From the NCBI GenBank assembly GCA_038230575.1, contig JBBRNA010000022.1, positions 563 through 64,562 on the forward strand: 64,000 bases of DNA. Direction: 5' to 3'. This document shows, one piece after another, positions 47,587 through 56,672 of this stretch. Every line of letters begins with the position of its first letter. Position 1 is the first letter of the stretch. The notes under the pieces are model-generated. The model did not search any database. It saw nothing but the letters and a program-made list of their open reading frames with translations, and had not been told where the DNA came from. The position numbers were made by a program, and so were the translations under genes. The DNA comes from Terriglobales bacterium. GTDB lineage: Bacteria; Acidobacteriota; Terriglobia; Terriglobales; Acidobacteriaceae.

Positions 47587-48026
47587 GATCTGTCGATTCA
47601 GACGATCTTGCGAGAACCGTGAATGAGACACGCATCCGCGTGCGCTACGCGGAAACCGACCAGATGGGTGTCGTCTACCACGCCAATTATTTTGTCTGGT
47701 TCGAAATCGGGCGGGTCGAACTCTTTCGCCAGTTCGGATTCAGGTACAAAGATATGGAACGCGACGACGACTGCTTTATCGCCGTCGTTGATGCGCAGTG
47801 CCGCTATAAGGCTCCCGTGCATTATGATGACGAGGTTATAGTGCGTACCTCGCTCACGCATGTTCGGGAGAAGGTGCTTCGTTTCGGGTATGAACTTCGT
47901 AGCGTGGAAGGTAAGCTGTTGGCGCAAGGCGAGACCACTCATGTCGTTGCGGACTCAAGAATGAAATCGAAAAGATTGCCGGAGAAATTCCTGAAGGTAT
48001 TTCGCGCGGCGGCAGGCACCCGTTAA
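47583..48026 (+). CDS. acyl-CoA thioesterase, YbgC/4HBT hot-dog family
   Basis: RVRYAETDQMGVVYHANYFVWFEIGRVELFR. ATGA overlap with the hydratase stop. Confidence 0.8.
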   Translation: MRSVDSDDLARTVNETRIRVRYAETDQMGVVYHANYFVWFEIGRVELFRQFGFRYKDMERDDDCFIAVVDAQCRYKAPVHYDDEVIVRTSLTHVREKVLRFGYELRSVEGKLLAQGETTHVVADSRMKSKRLPEKFLKVFRAAAGTR

Positions 48027-48093
48027 ATTTTCGTCGTCCTCCTAATTGTGGCAGAGCTGAGGGGAGCTCTGATAGCATCCTGCGCGTGAAGAC

Positions 48094-49674
48094 TTGTTAC
48101 ACCGGATTGCAGCAGGCAAAGGCGAACCTGATTTGAAAGCCATACATATCAACGGAAACGATCTAACTCTCGAAGAAGTGCGCGAGGTCGCGCGGACTGA
48201 TCTGCGCCAGGTTGTAATGCTCGCTCCCGATGCGCGCGAGGCGGTCGGCCGCGCCCGTGCGGTGGTAGATGCATTGGTCGCCAGTAATAAAATTTCCTAC
48301 GCAATCACGACCGGCGTTGGCAAGCTGAGCGACGTGCACATCATCGGGGACCAGGTGCGCGAGCTGCAACTCAATCTCGTTCGCTCACATGCTGTCGGTG
48401 TAGGTGAACCGATGGCGATCCCCGATACGCGCGCCATGATGCTCTTGCGCGCCAATTCGCTGTCCAAAGGCAACTCCGGAGTCCGCGCCATCACCATCGA
48501 CACGATTTGCGAGATGCTGAACCGCGGCATTACTCCCTTCGTCCCATCCCAGGGCAGTGTCGGAGCAAGCGGAGACCTCGCTCCCCTGGCACACCTGGCG
48601 CTGGCTTTGATCGGGGAGGGCGAGTGCTACGACGAAAAAGGCGTTCGCATGGCGAGTGCCGTAGCCCTAAAATCCGCGCAGATCAAACCGCTGGTGCTCG
48701 AAGCGAAAGAAGCAGTTTCGCTGATCAACGGTACACAGGCGATGCTGGCAATTGGATCGCTGATGCTGCTCGCGGCAGAGACATTGGTCGATACGGCCGA
48801 CGTGATCAGTGCTATGGCGTGCGACGCGTTGAAGGGAACGACCGCAGCCTTCGATGAGCGCATCCATAAGGCGCGCCCGCATGCCGGCCAGGTGAAGACC
48901 GCGGCAAATCTGCGCCGTCTTATTGACCAAAGCGAAATCCGCGAATCGCACCGCGACTGTGGACGCGTGCAGGATGCCTATTCCCTTCGCTGCATTCCGC
49001 AGGTGCACGGCGCGGTGCGTGATACGCTCGCCCACTGCCGCCGGGTGTTTGAGATCGAGACAAACTCAGCTGTTGATAATCCTCTGGTCTTCGTAAAAAA
49101 TCCAAAAATTGCAGATGGAGAAGGCGAAGTTATTTCGGGCGGAAATTTTCACGGTGAGCCGCTCGCTTTCGCGCTGGATTTTCTGGCTATTGCCCTCAGC
49201 GCGCTGGCCGGAATCAGCGAACGTCGACTCGAGCGGATGGTAAACCCCGCGCTCAGCGAGGGACTGCCGCCTTTTTTGGCTCCTGGAGCGGGCATGAATT
49301 CCGGCTTCATGATGCCGCAAGTTACTGCCGCCGCGTTGGTGAGCGAAAACAAGGTGCTGTCGCATCCTGCGTCGGTTGATTCGATTACGACTTCGGGGAA
49401 CAAAGAAGATTTCGTCTCGATGGGAATGACCGCAGCGAACAAGTTGAAGAGAGTGATCGAGAACACGCGAAACACCTTAGCCATCGAAGCCATGGCAGCG
49501 GCGCAGGCAATCGATTTCCTGTCGCCGCTCAAAACCTCCAAGCCGCTGCAGCAGGCTCATGCCGCGATCCGCTCGGTGTGCGCGACCATGGAAAAAGACC
49601 GCGTCATGTATCAGGATTTCGCGCGCATTTCAGATCTGATAGCCGCCGGCAAGTTGGCGGAAGTGTTGCGTTGA
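48094..49674 (+). CDS. hutH: histidine ammonia-lyase
   Basis: MIO-forming GSVGASGDLAPLAHL and overall HAL/PAL family similarity. Start uncertain (TTG at 48094 or TTG at 48133). Confidence 0.92.
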   Translation: MLHRIAAGKGEPDLKAIHINGNDLTLEEVREVARTDLRQVVMLAPDAREAVGRARAVVDALVASNKISYAITTGVGKLSDVHIIGDQVRELQLNLVRSHAVGVGEPMAIPDTRAMMLLRANSLSKGNSGVRAITIDTICEMLNRGITPFVPSQGSVGASGDLAPLAHLALALIGEGECYDEKGVRMASAVALKSAQIKPLVLEAKEAVSLINGTQAMLAIGSLMLLAAETLVDTADVISAMACDALKGTTAAFDERIHKARPHAGQVKTAANLRRLIDQSEIRESHRDCGRVQDAYSLRCIPQVHGAVRDTLAHCRRVFEIETNSAVDNPLVFVKNPKIADGEGEVISGGNFHGEPLAFALDFLAIALSALAGISERRLERMVNPALSEGLPPFLAPGAGMNSGFMMPQVTAAALVSENKVLSHPASVDSITTSGNKEDFVSMGMTAANKLKRVIENTRNTLAIEAMAAAQAIDFLSPLKTSKPLQQAHAAIRSVCATMEKDRVMYQDFARISDLIAAGKLAEVLR

Positions 49675-49740
49675 GCCGTGGTTCATCGCCTCGCACTTTG
49701 TGACGCATCGGGGGACCAACTAGGCGCCACTATTTGGTAT

Positions 49741-49780
49741 TGTCATCCCGAGCTCCGCTCGGGATGACAAACATTTTTCT
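49741..49780 (+). terminator. perfect palindromic REP-family copy (copy f) acting as a likely hutH terminator
   Basis: tgtcatcccgag-ctccg-ctcgggatgaca (12-bp stem), then aacaTTTTTct. It lies 67 nt after the hutH stop. Confidence 0.7.
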
Positions 49781-49904
49781 ACGTTTTGAAATTAGGAGTA
49801 AACGCGCACACATGCAAGCAAAGGGAAGGGCACCACGTTTAGTCGTGCCACGAGCATCCCCTACGAACCGGCGCTTCAGCGCCTGAGGGAACGCAGGCCG
49901 CGAC

Positions 49905-50513
49905 CTACGCAGGCTTCGCCGCTGACCCATCGAGTCCCAGCTCGCCAGCAATCGCTTTCATCGCCTCGATACAAAACGAAATATGCTCCTCCAAATCCAG
50001 CCCCAAGTCGGCCGCTCCCGAAATAATGTCTTCGCGATGCACGCTACGGGCGAAAGCCTTATCTTTCATCTTTTTCCGCACCGACTTCGCCTCGACCTCG
50101 GCGAGCGACTTTGAAGGCTTCACCAGGGCACACGCCGTAATAAACCCCGACAACTCATCGCAGGCAAAAAGCGTCTTCTCCAGCGGAGAAATCCGCGCCA
50201 CGCCGCTGTACTCCGCGTGCGACAGAATCGCCCGTCGCACTTCCTCCGAGTACCCGCGCTCCGCTAAAATCTCGCAGCCGCGATACGGATGATCCTCTTG
50301 ACTCGGATATTTCTCGTAGTCAAAGTCATGCAGCAGCCCGACCATGCCCCACAATTCTTCGTCCGCGCCGTTCTCGCGGGCGTAAGCTCGCATGCAAGCC
50401 TCCACCGAGAGCGCGTGCTTCCGCAAACTTTCCGATTGGGTGAACTCAGTTAGTAAACTCCACGACTTGGCGCGCTGATCAAGGTTCTCATCCATATGTC
50501 TTTCGTCTTCCAT
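49905..50513 (-). CDS. HD-domain metal-dependent phosphohydrolase
   Basis: H...HD...D pattern (RKHALSVEACMR..., GLLHDFDYEKYP). 202 aa. Confidence 0.8.
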   Translation of the reverse strand: MEDERHMDENLDQRAKSWSLLTEFTQSESLRKHALSVEACMRAYARENGADEELWGMVGLLHDFDYEKYPSQEDHPYRGCEILAERGYSEEVRRAILSHAEYSGVARISPLEKTLFACDELSGFITACALVKPSKSLAEVEAKSVRKKMKDKAFARSVHREDIISGAADLGLDLEEHISFCIEAMKAIAGELGLDGSAAKPA

Positions 50514-50654
50514 TCGTCTTTCTTTAAATTACATCCCCGTTTTCAACAAGCCGAGGTGCTCTATTCTCTTGACACGGATATGCCTCATCCCTCAGATTAC
50601 GCAATAGTTGTTGGCTTTGAGAGTAGCCCCGCTCTGGCACTCGCAAAACCCTGA

Positions 50655-51200
50655 ATGGCAACCACATTAACGCCCGTGGATTCACGGGAAGTTGTTCGCT
50701 GCGACCAATGCTCGTTAGTGCAATTCCGCACAACCAATAGTCTCTGCCGCCGTTGTCATCTCTCTTTGGATGAGGACGAAGCGGAGATCGCCGCCATGAC
50801 CGCTCAGCCAGAAGTCATGCCCATCAGCGCTCATTCGACCGGGCGCGGGCATCTCAAACTGGCGCATTCCATTCGATCGCTCAGGTTACGCAACGGACTA
50901 AGCCAGCGTCAACTCGCGCTGCGTATGGCTGTGCCTCGCACCTACGTCTCGAAGATCGAGAACGAAAAGGCAACCCCGACTCTTTCTTCGCTCGAGCGTC
51001 TGGCGAGGGCTCTCGAGGTAAGCGTGCCGGATTTGCTTTCAGGTGGCGAACGTAACCGTCAGGAAGAGGTTCGCGAGCTCATGGAAGACCAATTCGTTGC
51101 CGAAGTAATGCCATATCTGTCGCAACTGAACGGAATGCAGATGTCGAGCATTCTGGCGCAGGTGCGCGATCTGACAATTCGGCCGCGGCGGACGGCATAA
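50655..51200 (+). CDS. XRE-family helix-turn-helix regulator with N-terminal zinc ribbon
   Basis: CDQCSLVQFRTTNSLCRRCH, then IRSLRLRNGLSQRQLALRMAVPRTYVSKIENEKATPTLSSLERLARAL. Confidence 0.8.
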   Translation: MATTLTPVDSREVVRCDQCSLVQFRTTNSLCRRCHLSLDEDEAEIAAMTAQPEVMPISAHSTGRGHLKLAHSIRSLRLRNGLSQRQLALRMAVPRTYVSKIENEKATPTLSSLERLARALEVSVPDLLSGGERNRQEEVRELMEDQFVAEVMPYLSQLNGMQMSSILAQVRDLTIRPRRTA

Positions 51201-51331
51201 ATTTCAACGCTCGCTCGGCCACCGCAGGCGCGCTTCGGACAAGTCATTCCGTCGTGCGAGTTGCTGAAGGCGGCGCGGCAAAGTTTAGATTTCTGCTGTT
51301 TAAATTTTTATCCGGGCACACCCAACTGGAC

Positions 51332-51362
51332 AGCCGGAGCCCTCGGGCTTCGGCTTTTTTAT
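51332..51362 (+). terminator. rho-independent terminator-like hairpin with no obvious gene immediately upstream
   Basis: agccggagccc-tc-gggcttcggct followed by TTTTTTaTT. It lies about 130 nt after the XRE stop and just before the DUF962 reading frame opens. Confidence 0.55.
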
Positions 51363-51468
51363 TCAGCGCCGCTGATTTGCGGCGGACTATAATCGCGTCG
51401 CCGGATCTTTTGGCTCGGAGGTTCTCAAGGGCCTGTATTCGCATTACAACGGCGCTCACAACCATCCC

Positions 51469-51717
51469 GTGAATCGCGCCTTGCATATGATCGCGATTCC
51501 TGTCGGATTCTCCTCGCTGGTTGTGGTCTGGTGGCACTGGGTAATTGCGCTTTTGCTCATTCCCACAGCATTTATCCTCGCCTGGGTTGGCCATCTGATC
51601 GAGGGCAACAAGCCAGCCTTCCTCACCAACCCTGCGCATGTATTCGTTGCGCCCCTATGGATGATGCGGAAAATTTTTGGAACAGTCACTCGTTCTGATT
51701 CCAAATCGAGCGCGTAG
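51469..51717 (+). CDS. DUF962 / Mpo1-like membrane protein (start unresolved, possibly N-terminally truncated)
   Basis: NRALHMIAIPVGF...GHLIEGNKPAF fits DUF962. The frame is open back to 51376 and encodes family-like LKGLYSHYNGAHNHPV, but there is no ATG, GTG or TTG before the GTG at 51469. Confidence 0.5.
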   Translation: MNRALHMIAIPVGFSSLVVVWWHWVIALLLIPTAFILAWVGHLIEGNKPAFLTNPAHVFVAPLWMMRKIFGTVTRSDSKSSA

Positions 51718-51881
51718 ACAAGATCTTCAATCGCCGCATTCGTTCCGGCACCGCGCCGTTATCTCTTTTACGCCCAACCGGTCGGTAAGCGGTTCGTTAC
51801 TCTTGGGTCTGCCAAACCACCTCCAGCATGCTTAAATGAAATCTTGTCGCGACCAGCGTCGCTATCGGACAAGGAGATCAC

Positions 51882-53024
51882 TTGGACTTCCTGCTAAACG
51901 AAGAACAGTTGCACCTGAAGAAAACCGTGCGTGAGTTTGCCGAGAGCGAAATCGCTCCACACGTCATGACTTGGGATGAGGCGAGCGAATTTCCGCTGGC
52001 GACGATAAAAGAGCTCGGCAAACTTGGCCTGATGGGAATTATTTTTCCGTCGGAATACGGCGGCGCCGGAATGGGCTACGTCGAATACGTCACGGCAGTT
52101 GCCGAACTTTCGCGCGTAGATGGATCGGTCGGCATCATTGTCGCCGCCCACACATCACTGTGCTCCAACCACATCTTCCTCGCGGGGAACGAACAGCAGA
52201 AGAAGAAATATATTCCTAAGTTGGCCAGCGGCGAGTTTATCGGCGCCTGGGGATTGACCGAGCCTTCCGCTGGCTCCGACGCTGCTGGTGCCCGCATGAC
52301 CGCGACCCGCGCCAATGGCGGCTGGGTTCTGAACGGATCGAAAACTTTCATCACTAACGGCCATTATGCCGATGTAATCGTCGCGCTAGCAATAACTGAT
52401 AAAAGCGCGCGCACGCACGGCTTGTCGGCATTCATCGTCGAAAAAGATACCAAAGGTTTTCGTCCCGGCAAAAAAGAAAACAAGCTCGGCCTGCGCGCGA
52501 GCGACACTGCCGAATTGATTTTCGAAGACTGCTTCGTCCCAGAGGAAAATTTAGTTGGAGGCGAAGGAAACGGCTTCCGCGACTCCATGCGCATTCTCGA
52601 TGGAGGCAGAATCTCCATCGCCGCCCTCTCCCTCGGAATGGCGGACGGCGCCCACGGCGTCGCGTTGAAATATTCAAAAGAACGCAAGCAATTCGGTAAG
52701 GCGATCTCGGAATTCCAGGCGATCCAATGGAAGCTCGCAGACATGGCGACCGAAATCGAGGCCGCAAAGCTGCTCACGCTGCGGGCTGCATCCATGAAAG
52801 ATGCCGGCATGAAGACAACGCTGGAATCCTCGATGGCGAAGCTCTTCGCCAGCGAAGTCGCGGTGCGATGCGCCAACGAAAGCGTGCAGATTCACGGTGG
52901 CTACGGCTTCATCAAAGACTATCCCGCCGAAAAGTTCTACCGCGACGTCAAGCTCTGCACCATAGGCGAAGGGACCAGCGAAATCCAACGCCTGGTCATA
53001 GCCCGCGAACTATTAAAAGACTAA
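51882..53024 (+). CDS. acyl-CoA dehydrogenase (short/branched-chain type, 380 aa)
   Basis: TTG start after [15 protein letters not shown]..., [16 protein letters not shown] and [34 protein letters not shown]. Confidence 0.92.
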   Translation: MDFLLNEEQLHLKKTVREFAESEIAPHVMTWDEASEFPLATIKELGKLGLMGIIFPSEYGGAGMGYVEYVTAVAELSRVDGSVGIIVAAHTSLCSNHIFLAGNEQQKKKYIPKLASGEFIGAWGLTEPSAGSDAAGARMTATRANGGWVLNGSKTFITNGHYADVIVALAITDKSARTHGLSAFIVEKDTKGFRPGKKENKLGLRASDTAELIFEDCFVPEENLVGGEGNGFRDSMRILDGGRISIAALSLGMADGAHGVALKYSKERKQFGKAISEFQAIQWKLADMATEIEAAKLLTLRAASMKDAGMKTTLESSMAKLFASEVAVRCANESVQIHGGYGFIKDYPAEKFYRDVKLCTIGEGTSEIQRLVIARELLKD

Positions 53025-53091
53025 GGCGCAACCGTCTGGGGACGGGCGACCTCGTCCGCCCCTGAATTCCCATCTGCTTTACACTAGTCTG

Positions 53092-54057
53092 TTGAATCCC
53101 GACTCCCAACTTCTAATCGATCGGCTGCGCAATGGCGATGCCCGAGCTCTGGCCCGCGCCATCACCACCGTCGAGAATCGGGCCCCGGGATGGTCCGAAC
53201 TGCTCAAGTCGCTCTTCCCACACACCGGCAGAGCGCGGGTCCTCGGGATGACCGGCGCTCCCGGAGCAGGTAAGAGCACGCTGGTCGATCAGCTCGCCAA
53301 GCACTATCGTAAAGAGAATCAAAACGTCGGCATCATCGCGGTCGATCCGACTAGCCCCTACACGGGGGGCGCAATTCTCGGCGACCGCATCCGCATGCAG
53401 GACCACTACAGCGATCCCGGAATCTACATTCGCAGCATGGCAACGCGGGGCTCACTCGGCGGACTGGCCCGCGCCACAGCCGACGCCGCGACGGTTCTCG
53501 ATGCCTCCGGCCGCGATGTGATCATGATCGAAACTGTCGGAGTGGGCCAGGATGAAATCGATATCGTGCGTCTTGCAGATGTCACGGTTGTGATTTTGGT
53601 CCCTGGCATGGGCGATGATGTGCAGACCATCAAAGCCGGAATCATGGAGATCGCTGACATTTTCGTCATCAACAAAAGCGACCGCGAAGGCGCAGAGCGG
53701 GTGGAGCGCGAGATTCGCGCCATGCAGTCACTCGCCATGCGCCCTGATCATTGGACCCCGTCGATCGTCAAAACCATTGCCAGCGAAGGCAAAGGGATTG
53801 CCGAGCTGGCAGACGCTATTGCGGAATACGAGAAGTATCTTGAGAAAGAAAATCTTGTCCTCAAGAAAAATGTCGAAAACTGGCAGGAACGCCTGGTCGA
53901 GATGCTTCGCGATGCCATGCTGGAGAAGGCTCGATCTAAGATGGATGACGGCATTTTGGAGCGCTATGCTGGCGAGATAGCGGAGCACAAGCGCGATCCC
54001 TATTCGCTAGTTGAGGAACTGATGGCACAGATTTCGCCTGAAGCGAAGCGTCCCTGA
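53092..54057 (+). CDS. meaB: methylmalonyl-CoA mutase-associated GTPase MeaB/ArgK
   Basis: ALARAITTVEN, P-loop GMTGAPGAGKST, ETVGVGQ and NKSD (the NKxD motif). TTG start. Confidence 0.9.
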   Translation: MNPDSQLLIDRLRNGDARALARAITTVENRAPGWSELLKSLFPHTGRARVLGMTGAPGAGKSTLVDQLAKHYRKENQNVGIIAVDPTSPYTGGAILGDRIRMQDHYSDPGIYIRSMATRGSLGGLARATADAATVLDASGRDVIMIETVGVGQDEIDIVRLADVTVVILVPGMGDDVQTIKAGIMEIADIFVINKSDREGAERVEREIRAMQSLAMRPDHWTPSIVKTIASEGKGIAELADAIAEYEKYLEKENLVLKKNVENWQERLVEMLRDAMLEKARSKMDDGILERYAGEIAEHKRDPYSLVEELMAQISPEAKRP

Positions 54058-54132
54058 TTTTGTAATCGAGAAGAGAAGAACTGCGCCGCAGATTTTCGAA
54101 CTCGACTGGATAACTGGAAACGAAAAGTATCT

Positions 54133-54528
54133 ATGGACTTCAGCATCGATCACCTCGGCATAGCCGTAAAATCGCTCACAGCCGCCAAATCGATCTACGA
54201 AAAGCTTGGGCTCAACATTTCTCCCGAGGAAACCGTCGAACACGAAAAAGTAAAATTGGTCATGGTTCCAGTTGGCGAGAGCCGAATTGAACTGCTTGAG
54301 GCCATCTCCGATGACTCAGCCATTGCCCGGTATATCGCGAAGCGCGGCGAAGGGCTACACCACGTTTGTATGCGCGTCCCGGACCTGGCCATCGCCGTAG
54401 AGAAACTGAAGAGTGACGGGGTGCGGCTGGTATCGAACGAAATCAAGATTGGAGCCGGAGGTCATCGCTACATCTTCGTGCATCCGCAGAGCACGTCAGG
54501 TGTGCTTTTGGAGCTTGTAGAGGGTTGA
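54133..54528 (+). CDS. mce: methylmalonyl-CoA epimerase (VOC/glyoxalase fold)
   Basis: IDHLGIAVKSL...IELLEA...GEGLHHVCMRV...FVHPQSTSGVLLELVE. Confidence 0.88.
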   Translation: MDFSIDHLGIAVKSLTAAKSIYEKLGLNISPEETVEHEKVKLVMVPVGESRIELLEAISDDSAIARYIAKRGEGLHHVCMRVPDLAIAVEKLKSDGVRLVSNEIKIGAGGHRYIFVHPQSTSGVLLELVEG

Positions 54529-54552
54529 CCCGCAACTTTTCGATTAAACGCG

Positions 54553-55374
54553 TTATGTTTCGAACCCCGCGCTAATCTCCCGAGAACTCGCTGCCTCATC
54601 CGCAAAAGCAAAGGTGCCATGATCACGCATCTCTCGCGCCGCGCGGAGAAATCCACCCATGGCAATGCGATACAGCGCACTGCCGACGCTGACGCGCCTC
54701 ACCCCTATCCCGGAGAGAGCGCTTAAGCTCAACTCAATTCCTTTTAGTCCCATCAAAACGTTGACCGGGCGATCCACAGAGCTGACCACTGCGGCAATGT
54801 CCTCCTTGCTAGTTAGCCCCGGTGCATAGAGAACATCGGCACCAGCCTCTTGATAGGACTGTAGCCGCGCAATCGTATCTTTGAGATCTGGGCGGCCGTG
54901 CAAATAGTTTTCCGCGCGCCCCGTAAGGATGAAATTAAATGGAAACGCACGCACCTCCGCGGCAGCAGCCTGGATTCTTTCGGCCGCCCGCTCCCGGTCA
55001 TAGATCGGACGATCCTGACGTCCGGTTGCGTCTTCAATTGAGCCGCCCACAACTCCCGCGGCCGCCGCGAGGCGGATGGTTTCCGCGACGATTTCCGGCG
55101 TGTCTCCAAAGCCGTTCCCGAGATCTGCGCTCACCGGCAGTTCTGTGGCAGAGGCGAGCTGCGATAAGTGTTTCATCATCTCGTCACGGTTAACGGTGTT
55201 GTCCCGTTGCCCGGTAGACAATGCAAAGCCCATGCTGGTAGTGGCAAGCGCCTCAAAGCCCAAATGAGCCAATAGACGCGCCGTACCGAGATCCCATGGG
55301 TTGGGAATAATGAAAGCGTTGTCGCGATCGTGGAGCGCACGGAAGAGTCGTCCTTTTTCAGCTTGCGTCAACAT
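54553..55374 (-). CDS. isocitrate lyase / PEP mutase family protein
   Basis: FIIPNPWDLGTARLL...ATTS...GGSIED...LTGRAEN, the typical ICL/PEPM TIM-barrel pattern. Confidence 0.85.
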   Translation of the reverse strand: MLTQAEKGRLFRALHDRDNAFIIPNPWDLGTARLLAHLGFEALATTSMGFALSTGQRDNTVNRDEMMKHLSQLASATELPVSADLGNGFGDTPEIVAETIRLAAAAGVVGGSIEDATGRQDRPIYDRERAAERIQAAAAEVRAFPFNFILTGRAENYLHGRPDLKDTIARLQSYQEAGADVLYAPGLTSKEDIAAVVSSVDRPVNVLMGLKGIELSLSALSGIGVRRVSVGSALYRIAMGGFLRAAREMRDHGTFAFADEAASSREISAGFET

Positions 55375-55388
55375 CGGCGATCACCTCG

Positions 55389-55673
55389 TCATGCCATTGT
55401 AGAGGGTAGGCAAAACGTCCCTTCGACTACTTCCACGAAGCTCCTCTCTTCTCGAAGGACGAAGCGTTTGCGTTGCGCCATCATGAAGTTCTCACGCGCT
55501 TCCGTATCTGACTTCAAGCGCGCCCGGTAGGCCTCATAGGCGGCGAGGCTAACGAATGCAATCAAACCCCATGCCACATCGTTGGTGCCCTCATGAGGAA
55601 GAAAATAACCGGCGATCATAGAAAGTGCTTGGCGGCGATCAATCTGCCTCGGTGCAAGTGTAATCGGATGCAT
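55389..55673 (-). CDS. NIPSNAP-like small protein (94 aa)
   Basis: [35 protein letters not shown] resembles the NIPSNAP/Dabb pattern. The N-terminal beta-alpha-beta unit seems to be missing, so the call is tentative. Confidence 0.45.
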   Translation of the reverse strand: MHPITLAPRQIDRRQALSMIAGYFLPHEGTNDVAWGLIAFVSLAAYEAYRARLKSDTEARENFMMAQRKRFVLREERSFVEVVEGTFCLPSTMA

Positions 55674-55725
55674 TTCTCTCAGTGTCGCCGATCTCGGACA
55701 TCCACAATTCGTTTACAATCAAAGT

Positions 55726-56442
55726 GTGAATGTAATGGAGCATTACCATTCCCATCCGGACGTTGCCGTATCCAGAATCGCGGCTGCGATGGGGGAACCG
55801 GCCCGAGTTCGCATTCTGTATAGCCTGCTGGACGGTCATGCTCGAACCAGCACCGAACTTGCTACCGTGGCTGGCGTAAGTCCATCAACCGCAAGTGTGC
55901 ATCTCGGTCGGCTAAAGATGGAGCATCTCGTCAATGTTTTAGTCAACGGCAAACATCGCTATTACAGCCTGGCAGGACCTAACGTAGCCACCGCGCTCGA
56001 AGGGCTGAGTGTGCTCGTAGGCTGCCATGTCGGCAAGTTCGAGCCCAGTACGCCAAGCTCCTTGCGTGCTGCGCGCACTTGCTACGATCACATTGCGGGA
56101 ACGATGGGAGTGCTCCTCCACAACCGCTTCAAGGCACTCGGATGGCTATCAGGGGAGCCAACCGCCTCTGACAACGAATACGACCTCACTCCAACCGGAA
56201 TGCGGGCCCTGGAAGGTCTCGGTATCGACCTCGCTGCAGGTCGGTCCTTGCGCCGTCGCTTCGCCTTTGCCTGCCTCGATTGGAGTGAGAGACAGCCACA
56301 CATCGGCGGGGCATTGGGTGCGGCTCTTCTAAAGACTGCGCTGAAACGAAAATGGGTTTCCCCGGATCTGGACAGCAGAGCCCTGCGTGTGACGAGTTTT
56401 GGACGACGCGAAGTGCTGGGTCGATTCGGCCTTCGCCTCTGA
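55726..56442 (+). CDS. ArsR/SmtB-family winged-helix regulator with C-terminal extension
   Basis: AAAMGEPARVRILYSLLDGHARTSTELATVAGVSPSTASVHLGRLKMEHLV...RYYSL. Confidence 0.8.
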   Translation: MNVMEHYHSHPDVAVSRIAAAMGEPARVRILYSLLDGHARTSTELATVAGVSPSTASVHLGRLKMEHLVNVLVNGKHRYYSLAGPNVATALEGLSVLVGCHVGKFEPSTPSSLRAARTCYDHIAGTMGVLLHNRFKALGWLSGEPTASDNEYDLTPTGMRALEGLGIDLAAGRSLRRRFAFACLDWSERQPHIGGALGAALLKTALKRKWVSPDLDSRALRVTSFGRREVLGRFGLRL

Positions 56443-56453
56443 GAATTCAAGAT

Positions 56454-56485
56454 CGCGGGCGCCTCCCAAAGTCCAGGCGCCCGCG
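56454..56485 (+). terminator. GC-rich stem-loop after the arsR-like gene (no U-tract)
   Basis: cgcgggcgcc-(12 nt)-ggcgcccgcg, a 10-bp stem 12 nt after the stop. Confidence 0.4.
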
Positions 56486-56672
56486 AGCCATTCCTGCCCT
56501 TCGCAGACGCCGACTAAGAGAAGTGTGAAGTTAAGAGCTCCTCGCTCTGTCTCGGGCCGTCGCATTTGAGAAGTTGGGAACGCGCAAGGAATTTGTACGT
56601 TACCGCTTATGATATGGGGATGCCGCCCAAACGGCTGGACGCGGCGCTATTCATTCCTCTTCTTGTGAACTT

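Noticed and set aside
53044-53057. Shared motif GGGCGACC(C)TCGTCC about 20-30 nt after the stops at 53024 and 63917 (second copy at 63945-63959), considered as a second repeat family.
   Set aside because: There are only two short copies with an indel and imperfect stems. That is not enough to call a family from this window.
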